64,000 bases of DNA from Thraustochytrium aureum (GCA_012862495.1 BLSG01000377.1:208793-272792), one strand, 5' to 3'. Positions 23,600 to 36,180 are shown, numbered from the stretch's first letter. Translations and numbers: made by a program. Notes: a model not told the origin generated them from the letters alone.

Positions 23600-23906
23600 T
23601 CGCACCTTCGGCCTAGGGAGAAGTCGGCTGCAGGCCCAAGAGTTTGTTGAAGGCTCATTTCCAATCAGATCGGTGGCTCGGCTGCCTGCAGTCAATTGAC
23701 TGCAGCGTCGCCTGCCCGGCGTATCTATCTAGCGATTCGAGTGTTGTGTCAGCTTGCTCTGGACTCTTCCGAGCGCGGATTGTTCGCAATCCGAAGGAAA
23801 TCGTACACATGGAGCAGGCACGAAGGAAGCTGCTTTGCCTCTAGCCATTCGCGCCGGACAGCACAACTCGAGTCGAGGCGAGCTCGCCACAGCAGCTATC
23901 GCACAT

Positions 23907-24467
23907 CTAGTCGTTTTTGGCGCCAAAGAGCGACTCGCGGAGGGATCCACCGCGAGCGGCAACAAAGCAGACAAGCGTGTTTCGCGCAAGCCGGGCAAGC
24001 GAAAGACTCCCCACCAACTTGACTATAGGGACCCCAGTGAATGCCCCCACGAAAAGAAATGGATGTATCGGAAGCACCGTACCCAGCACCAGCGACGCCC
24101 ACACCCCGTACGCGTCAAAGAACTCCACCGTTTGCTGCCAGGACTCGGACGTAAATACGCTCGGGTACCGCGCCTTGATTCCTTCCGGGTCGTACAGAGC
24201 TACGGCGTAAAAGGCCAGGCAGCCCAGGAGGCATGCGAGGGTTTGCACAAGCGCGACCGCGAGCCATCGCGAGGGTTTGGCCAGGACCGCTGCAACCAGG
24301 AAGACGTCGTTCGGCACAACCAAAATAAACGTGTCCGCAAAGTGCAGCGCGGCCACCACGAGCGGAAACCACCAGGCGCTGGAGTGCTGCAGGAGCCTGT
24401 CTTTCCAGCGTGCATCGCGCCTGACTCTTCGTGTCGAGCTCGCTCCGGCGTGGCGTGCGTCAAGGCA
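23907..24467 (-). CDS. DedA/VTT (YqaA-like) membrane protein; 5' exon not located
   Basis: WWFPLVVAALHFADTFILVVPNDVFLVAAVLAKPSRW...LLGCLAFY...FDAYGVWA..LPIHPF...LARLAR. The frame is open back to a CAG acceptor near 24468. Confidence 0.7.
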   Translation of the reverse strand, partial: CLDARHAGASSTRRVRRDARWKDRLLQHSSAWWFPLVVAALHFADTFILVVPNDVFLVAAVLAKPSRWLAVALVQTLACLLGCLAFYAVALYDPEGIKARYPSVFTSESWQQTVEFFDAYGVWASLVLGTVLPIHPFLFVGAFTGVPIVKLVGSLSLARLARNTLVCFVAARGGSLRESLFGAKND

Positions 24468-24938
24468 CTGTTTGTTTGTTTGTCTTTTGATTGATCACGT
24501 CACTCGCGTCTTTGGATTCCGGCTTTCCGTTTCGTTTGTTCGTCACGCCCTTGCACATAGCCAAGCAAGCAAGCAAATAAGTCCTCTGGAGGACGCAAAA
24601 GGCCGGGCAGGATGAGATTGGCAGATTCAAGGACTGCCAGACGCGAACGCAACTGCAGGCGCTCAGGCTGGACTTGGCAAGTTTGTTTGTGGTTTTTGAT
24701 CTCATTCCTTCCCGAGACTCTGTTGGGGCGATCGACGGATCATGCGTGCGCGTCACGGTACGGGCTGCCTTCCTTCCGAATGCCCTCCCTCCTCGCGAGA
24801 CTGACCGAAGAAGTCCCGTCGGTGGAGCAGAGACAGGCGGCCATGGACCTTAGCGGGGCGACTATCGCCTGGAGAGAGCGAAGCCGAAAACCGCCCCGCA
24901 GCGCCGAGCTGGCATTTCGCTACTTGACACCGTCCTCG

Positions 24939-27900
24939 TCATACAGCAGCGGAGGCCGAGGCGGAAAACTGGAACGAGAGCTGGCGGGCCATCTCTGTGA
25001 ACGACTCTTCCCGCTTCAGCGCGCTCTTGGAAGTCTGCACCCAGTTACTGAGCTTGACAGCGCTATTGAGCGGAACCCCAAACGCGCGCGCGTAGACGCG
25101 CCCCCTCCGCAGGTTTAAACGAACCGTTTCCCAGTTCTCCGCCGCCGTGGCATGACGCGTGAGAGACTTGGCAGAATTGGTCTTCGACGCGCGCCGCTTA
25201 GCCGCTGCGAGCTCACTGGTCGCCTCGGAAGGGAAGGCCACAACCAACACGCCGTTAATCAGCACCTGCCACACGAGCCCAAACGCGGCGAGCGCAAGGC
25301 AGACCTCCCAGTGCTGCATGCTGAGACCCCCTTGCACCAAGTTGACCGGGAGGCCCCCGAACTGCACAATGACGATCTGCAGAATGAACGTCGAGAGCAC
25401 CACAGCGACAAACATCGTGTTGCTGAAGACGCCGTCGAAAACGTTCCACTCCGACCAAGACGAGCGCAAACCCTCCACGGTCTGCAACCTGCGCGAGTTG
25501 AGCTCATTAATCAGCTGCAACAGCACAAAGACGTTGAAAAACACAGACCAGTGAAGCGAGCCCGACTTTGGCTCAAACTCGATGCGCGGGTCGAAGGGGA
25601 GCGCCTGCGGGCGGAAGAGGACGACGAGAAGCACCACCAGCTGGTATGCCCCGTGGCCCACGATGTTGGCGATCATCGTGGGGGAAATGATGCTGCGGCG
25701 CTTGCCGTATGGCGGGCGCTCCAGGAGCTCGTCGGTTGGCAGCTCGGTAGCAAGGGCGAGCGAAGCAAGCGAGTCCATGATCATGTTGACCCAGAGCATC
25801 TGCACGGCGCTCAGCGGGCTCTCGTTGTACGTAAACGCCCCGATCACGGCAAGCGAGATGGCGACAAGATTGACGGTGAGCTGGAAGCGAATAAACTTGG
25901 CCAGCGAGTCGTACACGTTCCGGCCCCAGCTCACAGCTTTGACGATCGAGGCAAAGTTGTCGTCAAGGAGGATGATGTCGCACGCTTGCTTCGCCGTCTC
26001 GGTGCCGACAATGCCCATCGCGAACCCGACGTCAGCGCTCTTGAGCGCTGGGGCATCGTTCACGCCGTCCCCGGTCATAGCGACAACCTGAAAGTCAGGA
26101 AAGATGTTGATGTCGTGCTCGTCCCTGAGCCGCCTGCAGCGCGCTTCGTCCATGAAGACCGTGCTCCGTTGCATGCCTCGGACAAGGGTGAGCTTATCCT
26201 CAGGTTGGCACCGGGCGAGCACGCGCAGCGTGGGCCACACGAGGTCGAACTCGGGCTGATCGAGAACCTTGTTGCCGGCCTTGTCGAGGAGAAAGGGCGG
26301 GGCCAACGCTTCCTTGGCGTCCCCGGTTTCGGGGTCGAAAACGCGGCGCACGACCTTGTCGCGGGCGAGGTCCTTGAGGTGAACCCGCTCGTCAAACTCA
26401 GCGCCGGTCATGGCAAAGTTGGCTTTTGGCTGCCCATCTCGCGCAAAGTCGGACGCTCGCAAAATTCCACACTGGCGCGCGATTGCAACGGCGGTTGGGA
26501 GCGCGTCGCCGGTGCACATACGCACGTCGATGCCAGCGCGCCGGCATCGCTCGATCGCGCTCGGCACGGAGGCGCGCAGAGGGTCCTCGATTCCGAACAC
26601 GCCAACCAAAACGAGGTCTCTTTCGAGTTCGGCGCGATTTTTCTCCCACCCGCCGTGGGGCGCTTCTTTGAAGTCTCGGTAGGCCAAGGCTAGCGTGCGC
26701 ATGCCTAGGCGCTGGTAGTCGGCGACCGTGGCCTCCAGTTGCTTGCGGCGCTCTGGGGTGAGCTCTTCGAGCTCCGTTGTTGTGCTGTCTTTGTTGGCTC
26801 CGGCCAGAACATCGCGCGAGGCGTCAAGGACCTGCTGCGGCGCGCCCTTGGTGTACATGCGAAACGTGGCCCCCGACTCATCGCCGGCGGCCCCTTTGCT
26901 GCGCACCACCCACGACATGCACTTGCGCTCCGAGCTGAACGGAATCGACAAGACGCCCCAGTCCGTCGTGCTGTCGATCTCCTTGTACGAGCGACGCAGC
27001 GGGCCTGCATCGTACCCGAGCTGCGCGGCCAGCTTCAGCAACGCGCACTCGGTTGCGTTGCCCTTGTACTCCCACAAGCCGTCCTTGAGCTCGGCGCTTG
27101 ACGTGGACATCGAGTCCAGGATGATGCCTTCGCAGAGGATGCGCGTGACAGACTTTGGTAACCCGCGCGCTTGCATAACTTGCGCGATGCTCGAAAAACT
27201 GGAACCCGCGCGGTGCGCGAGGTCTTCGCCCGCAATGCGCGCCCGCATCACAGTCATCTTGTTCTCCGTCAATGTGCCTGTCTTGTCCGAGCAGATCGTG
27301 GTCGCGCTTCCCATGGTCTCGCAGCTGTCCATGTGTTTGACCTGGTTGTTGTCCTTGGTCATGCGCCGCATCGAGATCGCCAGCGAGAGCGTCACGGCAA
27401 GCGGAAGGCCTTCCGGGACCGCAACGACGAGGATCGTTATGGCAGTGATGAAAAACCTGAGCACGGTGGAGAGATCGGTTGCGCTCCACGCGCGCTCGCA
27501 GGTCTCGGCTCCTTGCTTCCACACACAGCCCTTGCCCGCAGCACTGCAGGATCCGCTGGAGGTCGCCGTGCCACAGACACCGCCCCCGAGCCATTCGTCC
27601 GAGGTCCAGCGCCACATCATGAGCGCAAAGACACCTACGGCCACGATCATCCCGCCCTTGCCGATGTCGACTGCAAGCACGTCGAGCTTCTCCATGAGGT
27701 CGCCGCCCGAGTCTGCAACCCCGAAAGTAAAAAATGCCCGTATTGACGCACAAAAGCGCGAACATATCGAAGCAGTCGGCTTCCTAGCGCCATGGGAGCC
27801 GCCATGGCTTTCAATGTCGCCGTCCGCAGCGGATCCTGCCTCGGAGGCGTTGTCCCCGGTGTCGCTTGACTCGCGTAAACGCGCGAGAATGCGGCCTTGC

Positions 27901-28888
27901 ATGCTGTTGCGGCCCACGGCGGCGACGACCATTTTGCCTGAGCCGTGCATCACATTTGTGCCGGAGACGATGAACGGGCTGGCCTCGGCCCGCGCGCTTT
28001 TGCCTTCGTAGACGGCCTTGGCGACCAGGTTGGACTCGCCAGTGAGGGCGCTCTCGTCCAGCTTGAGGTCGGCGCTCTCGACGAGGAAGCCGTCCGCTGC
28101 GACAATGTCGCCCACGCCAAGCGGATGACGTCGCCCACCACGAGTTCGCGCGGGTGGATCACCTTGGAGTTGCCCCCTCGCAGCACCTGGACGTGCTTTT
28201 GGTTGTCGAGATCCATCTGCTGCTGTCGGAATTCGAGCGCCTTCGAGTAGTCTGTCAGTGCTGCGACGCTCAGGACGACACAGACAGTGAAGAGGATGCT
28301 TACGCCCTCGATCCAGCCGCGCTCGTAGTCCTTTTCGATAACGAGCCCCAGAAAGAGGGAAACTAGGGCAGAGCAGACGAGCATGACCAGCGTCGCGTCT
28401 TGGAGGCCCTCCAGAATCAAGGCGCAGAGCGAGGGCTCCGGTGGGAGATCCAGCCCGTTCGCGCCAAACCGCTCGCGCTGCTTGGCGAAATCGAACGATT
28501 CGTCAAGACCAGTGCCCACGTCTGCACAGCCGATTTGCTCTGCGAGCGCACTCGCTCCCCCGAACGCGTCCAGGAAGCCGAGCTGCGACTGCGCGACCAT
28601 GTTGCTGAGGCCGTCGGTGGACGCNNNNNNNNNNNNNNNNNNNNNNNNNNNNNNNNNNNNNNNNNNNNNNNNNNNNNNNNNNNNNNNNNNNNNNNNNNNN
28701 NNNNNNNNNNNNNNNNNNNNNNNNNNNNNNNNNNNNNNNNNNNNNNNNNNNNNNNNNNNNNNNNNNNNNNNNNNNNNNNNNNNNNNNNNNNNNNNNNNNN
28801 NNNNNNNNNNNNNNNNNNNNNNNNNNNNNNNNNNNNNCAGTGGCCGGCCTTCCTCCCCGGCCGGCCGGGCGTCGCCCTTGCCGCTCAT
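24939..28888 (-). CDS. PMCA: P-type IIB (PMCA-like) Ca2+-transporting ATPase, frameshift near 28117, gap near the N-terminus
   Basis: DESALTGES, VAVPEGLPLAVT, ICSDKTGTLT, KGAP, TGD, MTGDGVNDAPAL, FQLTVN and QMLWVNMIMDSLASLALATE. Confidence 0.95.
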
Positions 28889-28997
28889 CGGCCCTCCCCG
28901 CGCAGCAGACGCCGGCGAAGCCTCGAACGCTGCAGCGCCTCGCGCCCGCCCGCCCGCCTGCCTAGGAGCCTACCTGCCCGCCTGCCTACGAGTCTAC

Positions 28998-29077
28998 CTG
29001 CGCGCCTGGCTGCTGCGCGCCTGGCTGCTGCGCGCCTGGCTGCTGCGTGCCTGGCTGCTGCGCGCCTGGCTGCTGCG
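28998..29077. repeat. 15-bp tandem repeat (CGCGCCTGGCTGCTG) x5 in the divergent PMCA/PIG-F intergenic region
   Basis: Tandem units visible directly. Confidence 0.85.
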
Positions 29078-29232
29078 GAGCGGCCGTGGATACCGCAGAG
29101 CGTTTGTTTGATTCGCGTCCGGTGGTCAGGTGGCGGCAGGCGAGCAAAAGGAACTCGAGCGAACTGCGGCGGAGATTCGCGCAGGTCGCGTTTCTGGCGA
29201 CGGGCGGCCGGGCGACGCGTTGGGGGCGAGCG

Positions 29233-29982
29233 ATGGGCGCCGCGGACGGGCCGGCCGTGATGGTGTGGGCCGCGTGCGACGCCGCGCTGGTCCTGCTTTC
29301 GGCCGTGCTGCTTCCCGAGACGCTGTAAGTGGCTGGCCGGCGCTTGTTTAGGCCGCGCCCGAGGGACTGACGCGGCGCGAGTCGGGACAGGCTCGGGGCC
29401 AAGATCACCCAAGACCCAGCGCAATTTGTCTGGCTGGGCGCCGCGCTGCTGATGGTCTTCCGGCCTGCTTTCTTCCTGGCCCTCTGGCCCCAGGCGCACT
29501 CCACCACTATGCAAGGCGGACTGGACGCCTCTCCAGCCCAACTGGTCGTGGCGACGGTGTCGTGGGTCCTACTGAATCCCGTTGCGATCCACGCGGGGCT
29601 TGTCCTCTTCGGCGCCCCGCTGTTTGAGCTAGCGGCCGCAACGTCGGCAGCAGCGTGCCTACTTGCTGCGCTCGCAGGATTGTCCGTTTCGCTCTCAGCT
29701 CGATCGTTCAGCTCGTTCTCCCAGGTCGCCGGGCGCATCGTGTCGTTCCTTGTGCGGGGCGAGGTCGAGTATGAGGGCGACATCGTCCTGCTTTGCCAAG
29801 CACGCGGCACCCTATGCGGGTCGTGGTTGGGCGCCCTGCCGATACCCCTTGACTGGGACAGGCCCTGGCAAGCGTGGCCTATCACGATCGTTTATGGGGG
29901 CTTGGCGGGCCATTTGAGCGGCAGTGCGCTGGGCCTTTGGCTCCTGTCACGTAGCGCAGGCGACAAGCCCAAGCGGACATGA
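29233..29982 (+). CDS. PIGF: GPI biosynthesis protein PIG-F/GPI11; intron 29325-29390
   Basis: VLFGAP and [22 protein letters not shown] signature. A GTAAGT...ACTGAC...ACAG intron splices exon 1 in frame. Confidence 0.9.
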
Positions 29983-30350
29983 ACTCATGAAGGAAGAGGA
30001 GCAGGACGAGGAGGAGGAGGCCAGTCAACCTCTCGGCGGGCAAGAGGGGCTCCATGAACCGAATGCCACGGCGCAAGAACGGGCCGATCCCCTAGCCCCG
30101 CGGCAACGACAACGGGAGTAAAGCCTTTAGATAGATGGCGGAAAAGAGATCTTGAGATCTGGTGGGTGTTTTTCGAAAGTCACCCGGCGCCCCTATGGCC
30201 GACGGGGTGTTGCACGTGCGTGCCAAGACCAGGAGGCGAACGTCGCCAACCGCCCATGCCGAGCTGGCACTCCGCTGCGCAGCGGACTGGAGGTTGGCAA
30301 TGCCGGGTCCCAGGCAACGCTCGGGCAGACAATGCTATCTCTCTAGGTAG

Positions 30351-31812
30351 CTAGCCCTGCTTGGCGCTGCCCTTCAGTTGGAGAAGCAAACCGCGCATTC
30401 GGCCAAGCGCCGCGCTACGGGCGTCTTCTTTGGTCCCATGTCAATCATCGACGCGACGCGGCTCCAAGGGCCGCCATTCGCCTGGGCTGCCGAGCCGGCC
30501 TGCTCTGCCTCCAGCATGGCCCGCTCGGCCTCGCGGTTCGCAGTGCTACGAACCGCATGCCGCTCGGTGCGCTTCTCGTAGAACTCCTCGAGCTCCTCTT
30601 CAGCCTTTTCGCGCGTCTGCGCTTGCACCTTGGCATGCGCCTCTTCTCGCGCCGCTACCATGGCCTGAAACCGCTCTTGCGCCTCGACACGCGCATCTGG
30701 GCCTGGGGCCCCTGGGGGGCCGCTTTGGGCGAACTCGGGCTTTGTGAAGGCGTCGGGATCGCTCCCCCCCACCGGCGAGGGAGCGGAAGATTCCCATGCG
30801 GCTTGGCCGTCGTCAGCCTCGGCAAAAGGATCATCGTCCTCTACGGGCGGACCGCTCGGGTGGGCGCTCCCGTCCCCGCCGTCCTGTAAGCCGCCAGCGA
30901 AAGGGTCTTGCGCTTCAACAGCCGACGAAGCAAAGTCGGTGCCAAAGTCCTCGGCAGAGTTGTCGGGGTCCGCAGCGTTGTGGAACGAGTCCTCCGCGCC
31001 AAAGCCGTCCTCTGTGGCGTCTGGGGCAAACTCTTGGTCACCAAACTCATCGTCAGCCGCACTCTGCTGCGCAAACTCGAAGCCTGCGTCGTCCTCCTCA
31101 GACGCTGCGGATACCGCGAGGTGCTCGTCCTGGACCTCGAGAGGGTTGAGCACGGGCGGAGGGTTAGCAGGGGGCGGGGCGGGTTTGCCACCCCGGTAGA
31201 TCGGATTGGATTCTCCGGGTCGCCTGCCGCGCCGTCCAATTGAACCTCCCAGTCCTCGCCCTCTTCGCTGGCGGGCAGCTGCCTGAAGTGTGGGGTGGGA
31301 AGGCTCGCATCGCGGCTACTAAAGTCGGTCACCTTGACCGCAGCAGCAGAAGGCTGCAGGCCAACCTGCTCAAAGTGGTGCGTGAGACCGGAGTAGGCTC
31401 CGCTGAAGCGCCCAACCGTTATGGTGTGGCAGTCGTCCAACATGAGAGGGGACGGCGAGAAAAAGCGCACCACGCAATCGCTGCAGCCAGTTAGGCGGAC
31501 CTCCTTCGCGGCCACGATAAAGGTGCATCCGGTGCACTTGCGTATGGCCACTGACTCTGCGCAGGGGCCGAGGAAGACGTGGCAGTTGGTCAGATCTGCT
31601 GCCACGACACGGTCCATCCAGTCGAGGACCATCACCGTGCAATCGGCGAGCTTGTTGAGGTGAAACTCTTGGCCGTTGATCTCGCCCGGGACCTTTTGGA
31701 GCGTCTCGCCCGTCCTGTCTTTGAAGCAAAAGTGCGTGAGAAAAATATGCTTGCGGTATGCCTGGAGGTCTGTGAACTCTGCGCCATCCGGGGCGCGCAG
31801 CACGTTCGCCAT
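30351..31812 (-). CDS. TBCC/RP2-like beta-helix domain fused to clathrin light chain, frameshifts near 31170 and 30420
   Basis: N-term FKDRTGETLQKVPGEINGQEFHL...FLGPCAESVAIRKC. C-term acidic DPF-rich linker, EKAEEELEEFY...NREAE, WSRVASMID and, in the alternate frame, LGRMRGLLLQLKGSAKQG*. Confidence 0.75.
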
Positions 31813-32305
31813 CCTGGAGCTAGGCCTGGTGTAGGCGCCTCAGTGGTTCTGTATGCTTCGCGTTGGGTCGGGTCGGGTGCGCCGCGGCGACTTGGGCGAG
31901 CTCGTGCCACAACGGACGGCCGGCCTTATTCGTCGCGATCGAGTCGTTGGTTGTCGGCTGCGCTTGCCCCGGCTTGGCACCAACTGCGGCCTTCGCTGCC
32001 GGTTCGCAGGCGGGTTGCCACCCTGTGCCGGTGCTGCTGCCCGCTGCCGCGCTCTGCTCCTGATTGCCGCGCGTGCGTGGCGCTGGGATTGCGCGGAGAG
32101 CAAGTTGTCTGCAGGCAGCGCCTGCTATGTCTTGGATCCGAGGACGAGCAACTGATCGTTCCTTGATTCGCAGAGCGGACGCAGAGCGGACGCAGAGCGG
32201 ACGCCACGCGATCAGCACAGCAGGGTGAAGAAAGGGCGAGCCGGGGTGCGGGCGGCGAGCAGCAGCCCACAGCAAACGGCAGGTTTATAATAGGAGCTAG
32301 GACTT

Positions 32306-32916
32306 CTACTTCTTTCGCTTGGATGGCGCGCTCCTCTTGGGCGGGGCCGTGTCGAGGTTTTTGCGGTCGCGCAGCCCGAGCTCCTCAAGGAGCGAGTGGT
32401 ACTTGACGCTGTCCTTGCGCTTCAGGTAGGTGAGCAGCTTTTGGCGGTTGGCTAGGAGCTGCAGAAAGCCGCGCCGCGTCGCCTGGTCTTTCTTGTGCAT
32501 GGCCATGTGCTTTTGCAGGTATTCGATCCGGCTTGTCAATAAAGTAATCTGCACCTCAGAGGAGCCCGTGTCCAGCTCGTGCCGCTTGATGCTGGACTTT
32601 TCCTCGAGGATCGATCGCTTCTTCTCGGCCCGCCGTACTTTGTTGGGGTTTACGCCAAACTTTCCGCCGACTATCTCGAGGGCTTGCCGGGCCAGGTCGT
32701 AGTCGCGGGGCGTTGGCATTGCCTGTTTCGCCCGAAGCGGCTCGGCTTCCCCGAGGCCGTCCTGCTCGGACGCATTGCGCTGCGTCTCACTCAGCCAGCG
32801 CCTCTGCGTCAGCGCTGGCAACGCGCTCGCTCCCCCGCGGCGCCGCGCGCCGTGACGGCTTCCAGAGCACGCACCGCACGAGCGACCGCGCCGCCCCCGA
32901 GCACTCTGCCCGCCAT
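32306..32916 (-). CDS. MRPS15: Mitochondrial ribosomal protein uS15, probable frameshift near 32835
   Basis: DTGSSEVQITLLTSRIEYLQKHM..HKKDQATRRGFLQLLANRQKLLTYL. Arg-rich targeting-peptide-like start MAGRVLGGGAVARAVRAL. Confidence 0.85.
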
Positions 32917-33863
32917 GCTGAGGCGTCCGGCTGCCCCGCGTACGCACGCACGCACGCACGCACGCACTGCGCCTGGCTGGCTCGTGGTTTCGCTCGCGTC
33001 CGCCGGTCCTGGCGCGCGTAGTCGCGGTCTGCTGCCGCCGCTGCCGCTGCTGCTGCTGCTGCGCCTCCATCCACCACACAGCGCATCTGCCTCTCGGCGC
33101 TTCTTTCTCTGCTCCGCAGCAGACCCTTTTCTCCGCCTCCGTCGACCTCGTGAATGCAGACGGACCCCGAAGGCAGAGATACTCCGCCAGTGCTGCGATA
33201 CTCCGCCAGTGCTGCGAGTGTCGAAGGCGCGCTTCACTCCAGCGCCGCCAGGAGAGACGCCCGAGGTACTTCGGCAGGCGCTGGCAGGCAGGAAGGCAGG
33301 AAGGAGGGAGCAGCGCCACTCACGCCGCACAGTGCTGCACGCGAGAAGGAGGGAGGGAGGGACGCGGAAGGAGGGCGGAAAGAAGACCCGACAACCGACC
33401 AAGAGCGATCGGCCCCTCTCGTGCGGCGCTGGCCAACCGCCACAGGAAGGCATGCAAGAAACGAGCAATTGGCCGCCCTCACATTCCGCCCGGTTGTCTG
33501 CGAAGCGAGGAGCTGCGGCGCAGTTCACCAACTCGAGCAAGACCGCTCGCGACGCGCCCGACCGCCCACCTTGCGAGCCTGCGCCCCAGCAAAGCCGGCT
33601 GCGAGTGGCTGGACCGCCGCAAGGGCTCTGGCAGCGACCGCGGACTGCTGGCTGCGCTCCGGCCGCGAGCCAGGCGCGTGCACGCGTCGATTGCGGGCGT
33701 TCCTGCCAGACCTGTCGCGAGGCGGTCGCGGCTCGCCAGCACACTTGCAGGAGACCAAGGCGTTGCTGCGCTTGGCGAGCAAAGAGGAGAGCACAGCGCG
33801 CGGTTCGAAGGACCGGGGCATCGAGCTCTGCTGTCCACTCCGTGGCGTTGGCGCTGCGAAAAA

Positions 33864-34589
33864 ATGAACAACTACCCGCGCGAGCTTCACGTGGACTTTA
33901 GCAAGCTCCGCACCCCCACGCTCAAGAGGTACGCGTGGTATTTCAAACTGGAAGCAAACGTGGGCGTTCGGCCCGAGCTTGCCTCCTCCTGTGCCAAGCA
34001 CTTTCTGACTCACCTCGACATCGACGAGGGACAAGTCTTGTCCAACTTTGAAGCGTACATCATCAACCCGAACTCGGTCCGGCGCTCTGGAACAGCGCTC
34101 AACGGCGTCGGCCAAGCTGGTGGGCCTGGGTCTGGCGGTGGCACGAAGCGGGCGCACCCCCACAGTAGCGACGAAGGCCCTGCCGCCAAGAAAAAGCGCC
34201 ACACCGCCGTCCCCGAGGGCCGCCTTGTGGCCGCGCACTGGGGCGAAAACTGGATACTCGCCAAGGTGCTCAAGTATCTCAAGCGCAAGAAGATGTACAA
34301 AGTGGAGGATGCCGACGAGATGACCAAGGAGGCCAACATCGCCGAGATCCCACAAGAGCGCGTTATCGCGCTCCCAACCGAGGCAGAAATCAGCGACAGC
34401 AAGGGCTTTCCGAAGGGGGCGCGCGTCCTGGCGCGGTTCCCCAAGACGAGCACCTTTTACCCAGCCACGGTGGTCAAGAAGAACGACAAGAACAAGTACG
34501 CGCTCCGGTTCGACGATGACGAGCGCGGCGCAGATGGCCACATTCGGATAGTCAAGGTGAGCGCCACCGAGGTAGTCACCCAACCATGA
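33864..34589 (+). CDS. SAP30 Sin3-binding domain fused to SGF29-like tandem Tudor domains
   Basis: VDFSKLRTPTLKRYAWYFKL...CAKHF...IDEGQVLSNF (SAP30-like), then GRLVAA..ENWILAKV..YKVEDADE..VIALP..FPKGARVLARFPKTSTFYPATV..YALRFDDDE (SGF29-like). Confidence 0.8.
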   Translation: MNNYPRELHVDFSKLRTPTLKRYAWYFKLEANVGVRPELASSCAKHFLTHLDIDEGQVLSNFEAYIINPNSVRRSGTALNGVGQAGGPGSGGGTKRAHPHSSDEGPAAKKKRHTAVPEGRLVAAHWGENWILAKVLKYLKRKKMYKVEDADEMTKEANIAEIPQERVIALPTEAEISDSKGFPKGARVLARFPKTSTFYPATVVKKNDKNKYALRFDDDERGADGHIRIVKVSATEVVTQP

Positions 34590-35027
34590 GCTTTCAATTT
34601 CTTTTTTTATAATTTTAAACGTCGCGCCTTGAGGGCAGAAACCCGTCTTGACTTGTTTGCGCAGGTGCATCTCGCGCGCTTCCGATTCCGGCGCGAGGCT
34701 GGTGGTCGCGCTGTGGCATCTGCGAGCATACAGACTCGCTTGAACTCTCGGCTCTTTCTTTTGACCTTGATTGACACTGGAAAAAAAGAAACTTGAGACA
34801 AACGAGCTTGTTGTCTGAGTCGCTCAACTGGTCCACCAGTCTGGCCTCAAGACTAGATAGAGCGCATGGCGAAGATCTCTTTGGTTTCTCTTTTTTCTCT
34901 TGCTTTTAGAAGAAGCTTGGTTTGGCTCGCGACCCCTTTGGCCCCGTGCCACAGCCGACCAACGACGGTTCAGAGGGGTCCACTGGTAGGGATCCTTTCG
35001 CAAAACCAGAGATGCTTCGGGGCCGGC

Positions 35028-35687
35028 TCACTTGGCCGCGGCGAAGCGCTTGTTGGCGGTCTCCCAGTTCACAACATCCCAGATAGCGTTCAGGTAATCG
35101 GGGCGGACGTTCTTGTAGTCGAGGTAGTAGGCGTGCTCCCAGACGTCGATGCCGACCAGCGGCTTGGTCCCGGTAGTGCTGCACGGGTCCTGGTTCGCGC
35201 AGGTGACGATGCGCAGCCCCTTCTCGTTCGGGTCGTACGCGAGCCAGCCCCAGCCCGAGCCCTGCACGGCTGCCGTGGTCGCGTTCATCTCCTTCTTGAA
35301 GGCGTCGAAAGAGCCCCACTTGGCAGTGATCGCGCTGCCGAGCTCGCCGGTCGGCTCGCCGCCGCCGTTCGGGCTAAGGTTCTCCCAGAAAAGAGTGTGG
35401 TTGACGTGGCCGCCGCCGTTGAACTTGATCGCCGGCTGCAGCGCGATCATGGCCGCAACGTCGCCCTTGGCCTCGGCGTCGGCATACTTTTCAAGGGACG
35501 CGTTGAGGTTGTTCACGTACGTCTGGTGATGCTTGGTGTAGTGGATCTCCATGATCGTGCCGCTGATGGCCGGCTCGAGCGCCCCAAAGTCGTACTGGAG
35601 GTCGGGCAGCTTGAACGACTGCGTCGCCGCAGAAAAGTGGCGAGCGCCCCTAGCAAGGGTCTGCGGGTTGGCGAGGCGGCTCAGCAT
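35028..35687 (-). CDS. SOD2: Mitochondrial Mn superoxide dismutase
   Basis: Targeting peptide, [26 protein letters not shown] and DVWEHAYY. Confidence 0.97.
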   Translation of the reverse strand: MLSRLANPQTLARGARHFSAATQSFKLPDLQYDFGALEPAISGTIMEIHYTKHHQTYVNNLNASLEKYADAEAKGDVAAMIALQPAIKFNGGGHVNHTLFWENLSPNGGGEPTGELGSAITAKWGSFDAFKKEMNATTAAVQGSGWGWLAYDPNEKGLRIVTCANQDPCSTTGTKPLVGIDVWEHAYYLDYKNVRPDYLNAIWDVVNWETANKRFAAAK

Positions 35688-36098
35688 CGTTGCGCTCTCT
35701 TGGTTGCTCTGCGTGCGTGCTGTGGCGGGTCGGCTGGGACTCGTCGAGGTGTTCGCGGGGCCTCTGGTCGCGTCTGTCTGCGGGGCTCTTCTCTCTCGGG
35801 TCTACGAGCCTGTCTGTCTTTCCACAACACGATGATGATGATCCAGAAGATCTTGGGGATTCTTGGCTCTCCAGAGTGTTTCCTTGTGCTCCCCCTCTCT
35901 TGCAAACAGAGAAAAAAAGCTTCCAGCAACAAGAACAGGGCAATGTTCCTCGTCGACGATCCGCGGTCTGCGCGTCCGAGCTGGGCAGAGCTGGGTACGG
36001 ACGAAGTGGTCTGCCAGGGCCAGCACAGCGGCGACGGCCGCCCTGCAGAGGCGGGCGGACGCGGGTGTCGCCCAAGCGAGACAACAGAGCGAAGAAAT

Positions 36099-36168
36099 TG
36101 AATGATCGAGTGCTTCAAGTTCGCACAAAATTTCTTTGAATGATCGAGTGCTCCAAGTTCGCACAAAA
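36099..36168. repeat. Two-copy ~30-bp direct repeat (GAATGATCGAGTGCTYCAAGTTCGCACAAAA) just 3' of the Rho gene
   Basis: Copies at about 36100 and 36138. Confidence 0.75.
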
Positions 36169-36180
36169 CACAGAAAACAC

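Noticed and set aside
25152..28011. Long antisense ORFs over PMCA (also over the desaturase, PES1, SOD2 and ACOX)
   Set aside because: Shadow ORFs produced by high-GC codon bias on the opposite strand; no recognisable domains.
32917..33863. Long overlapping ORFs upstream of uS15 and SAP30-SGF29
   Set aside because: GC-rich, simple-repeat intergenic DNA of a divergent promoter; the translations are low-complexity.
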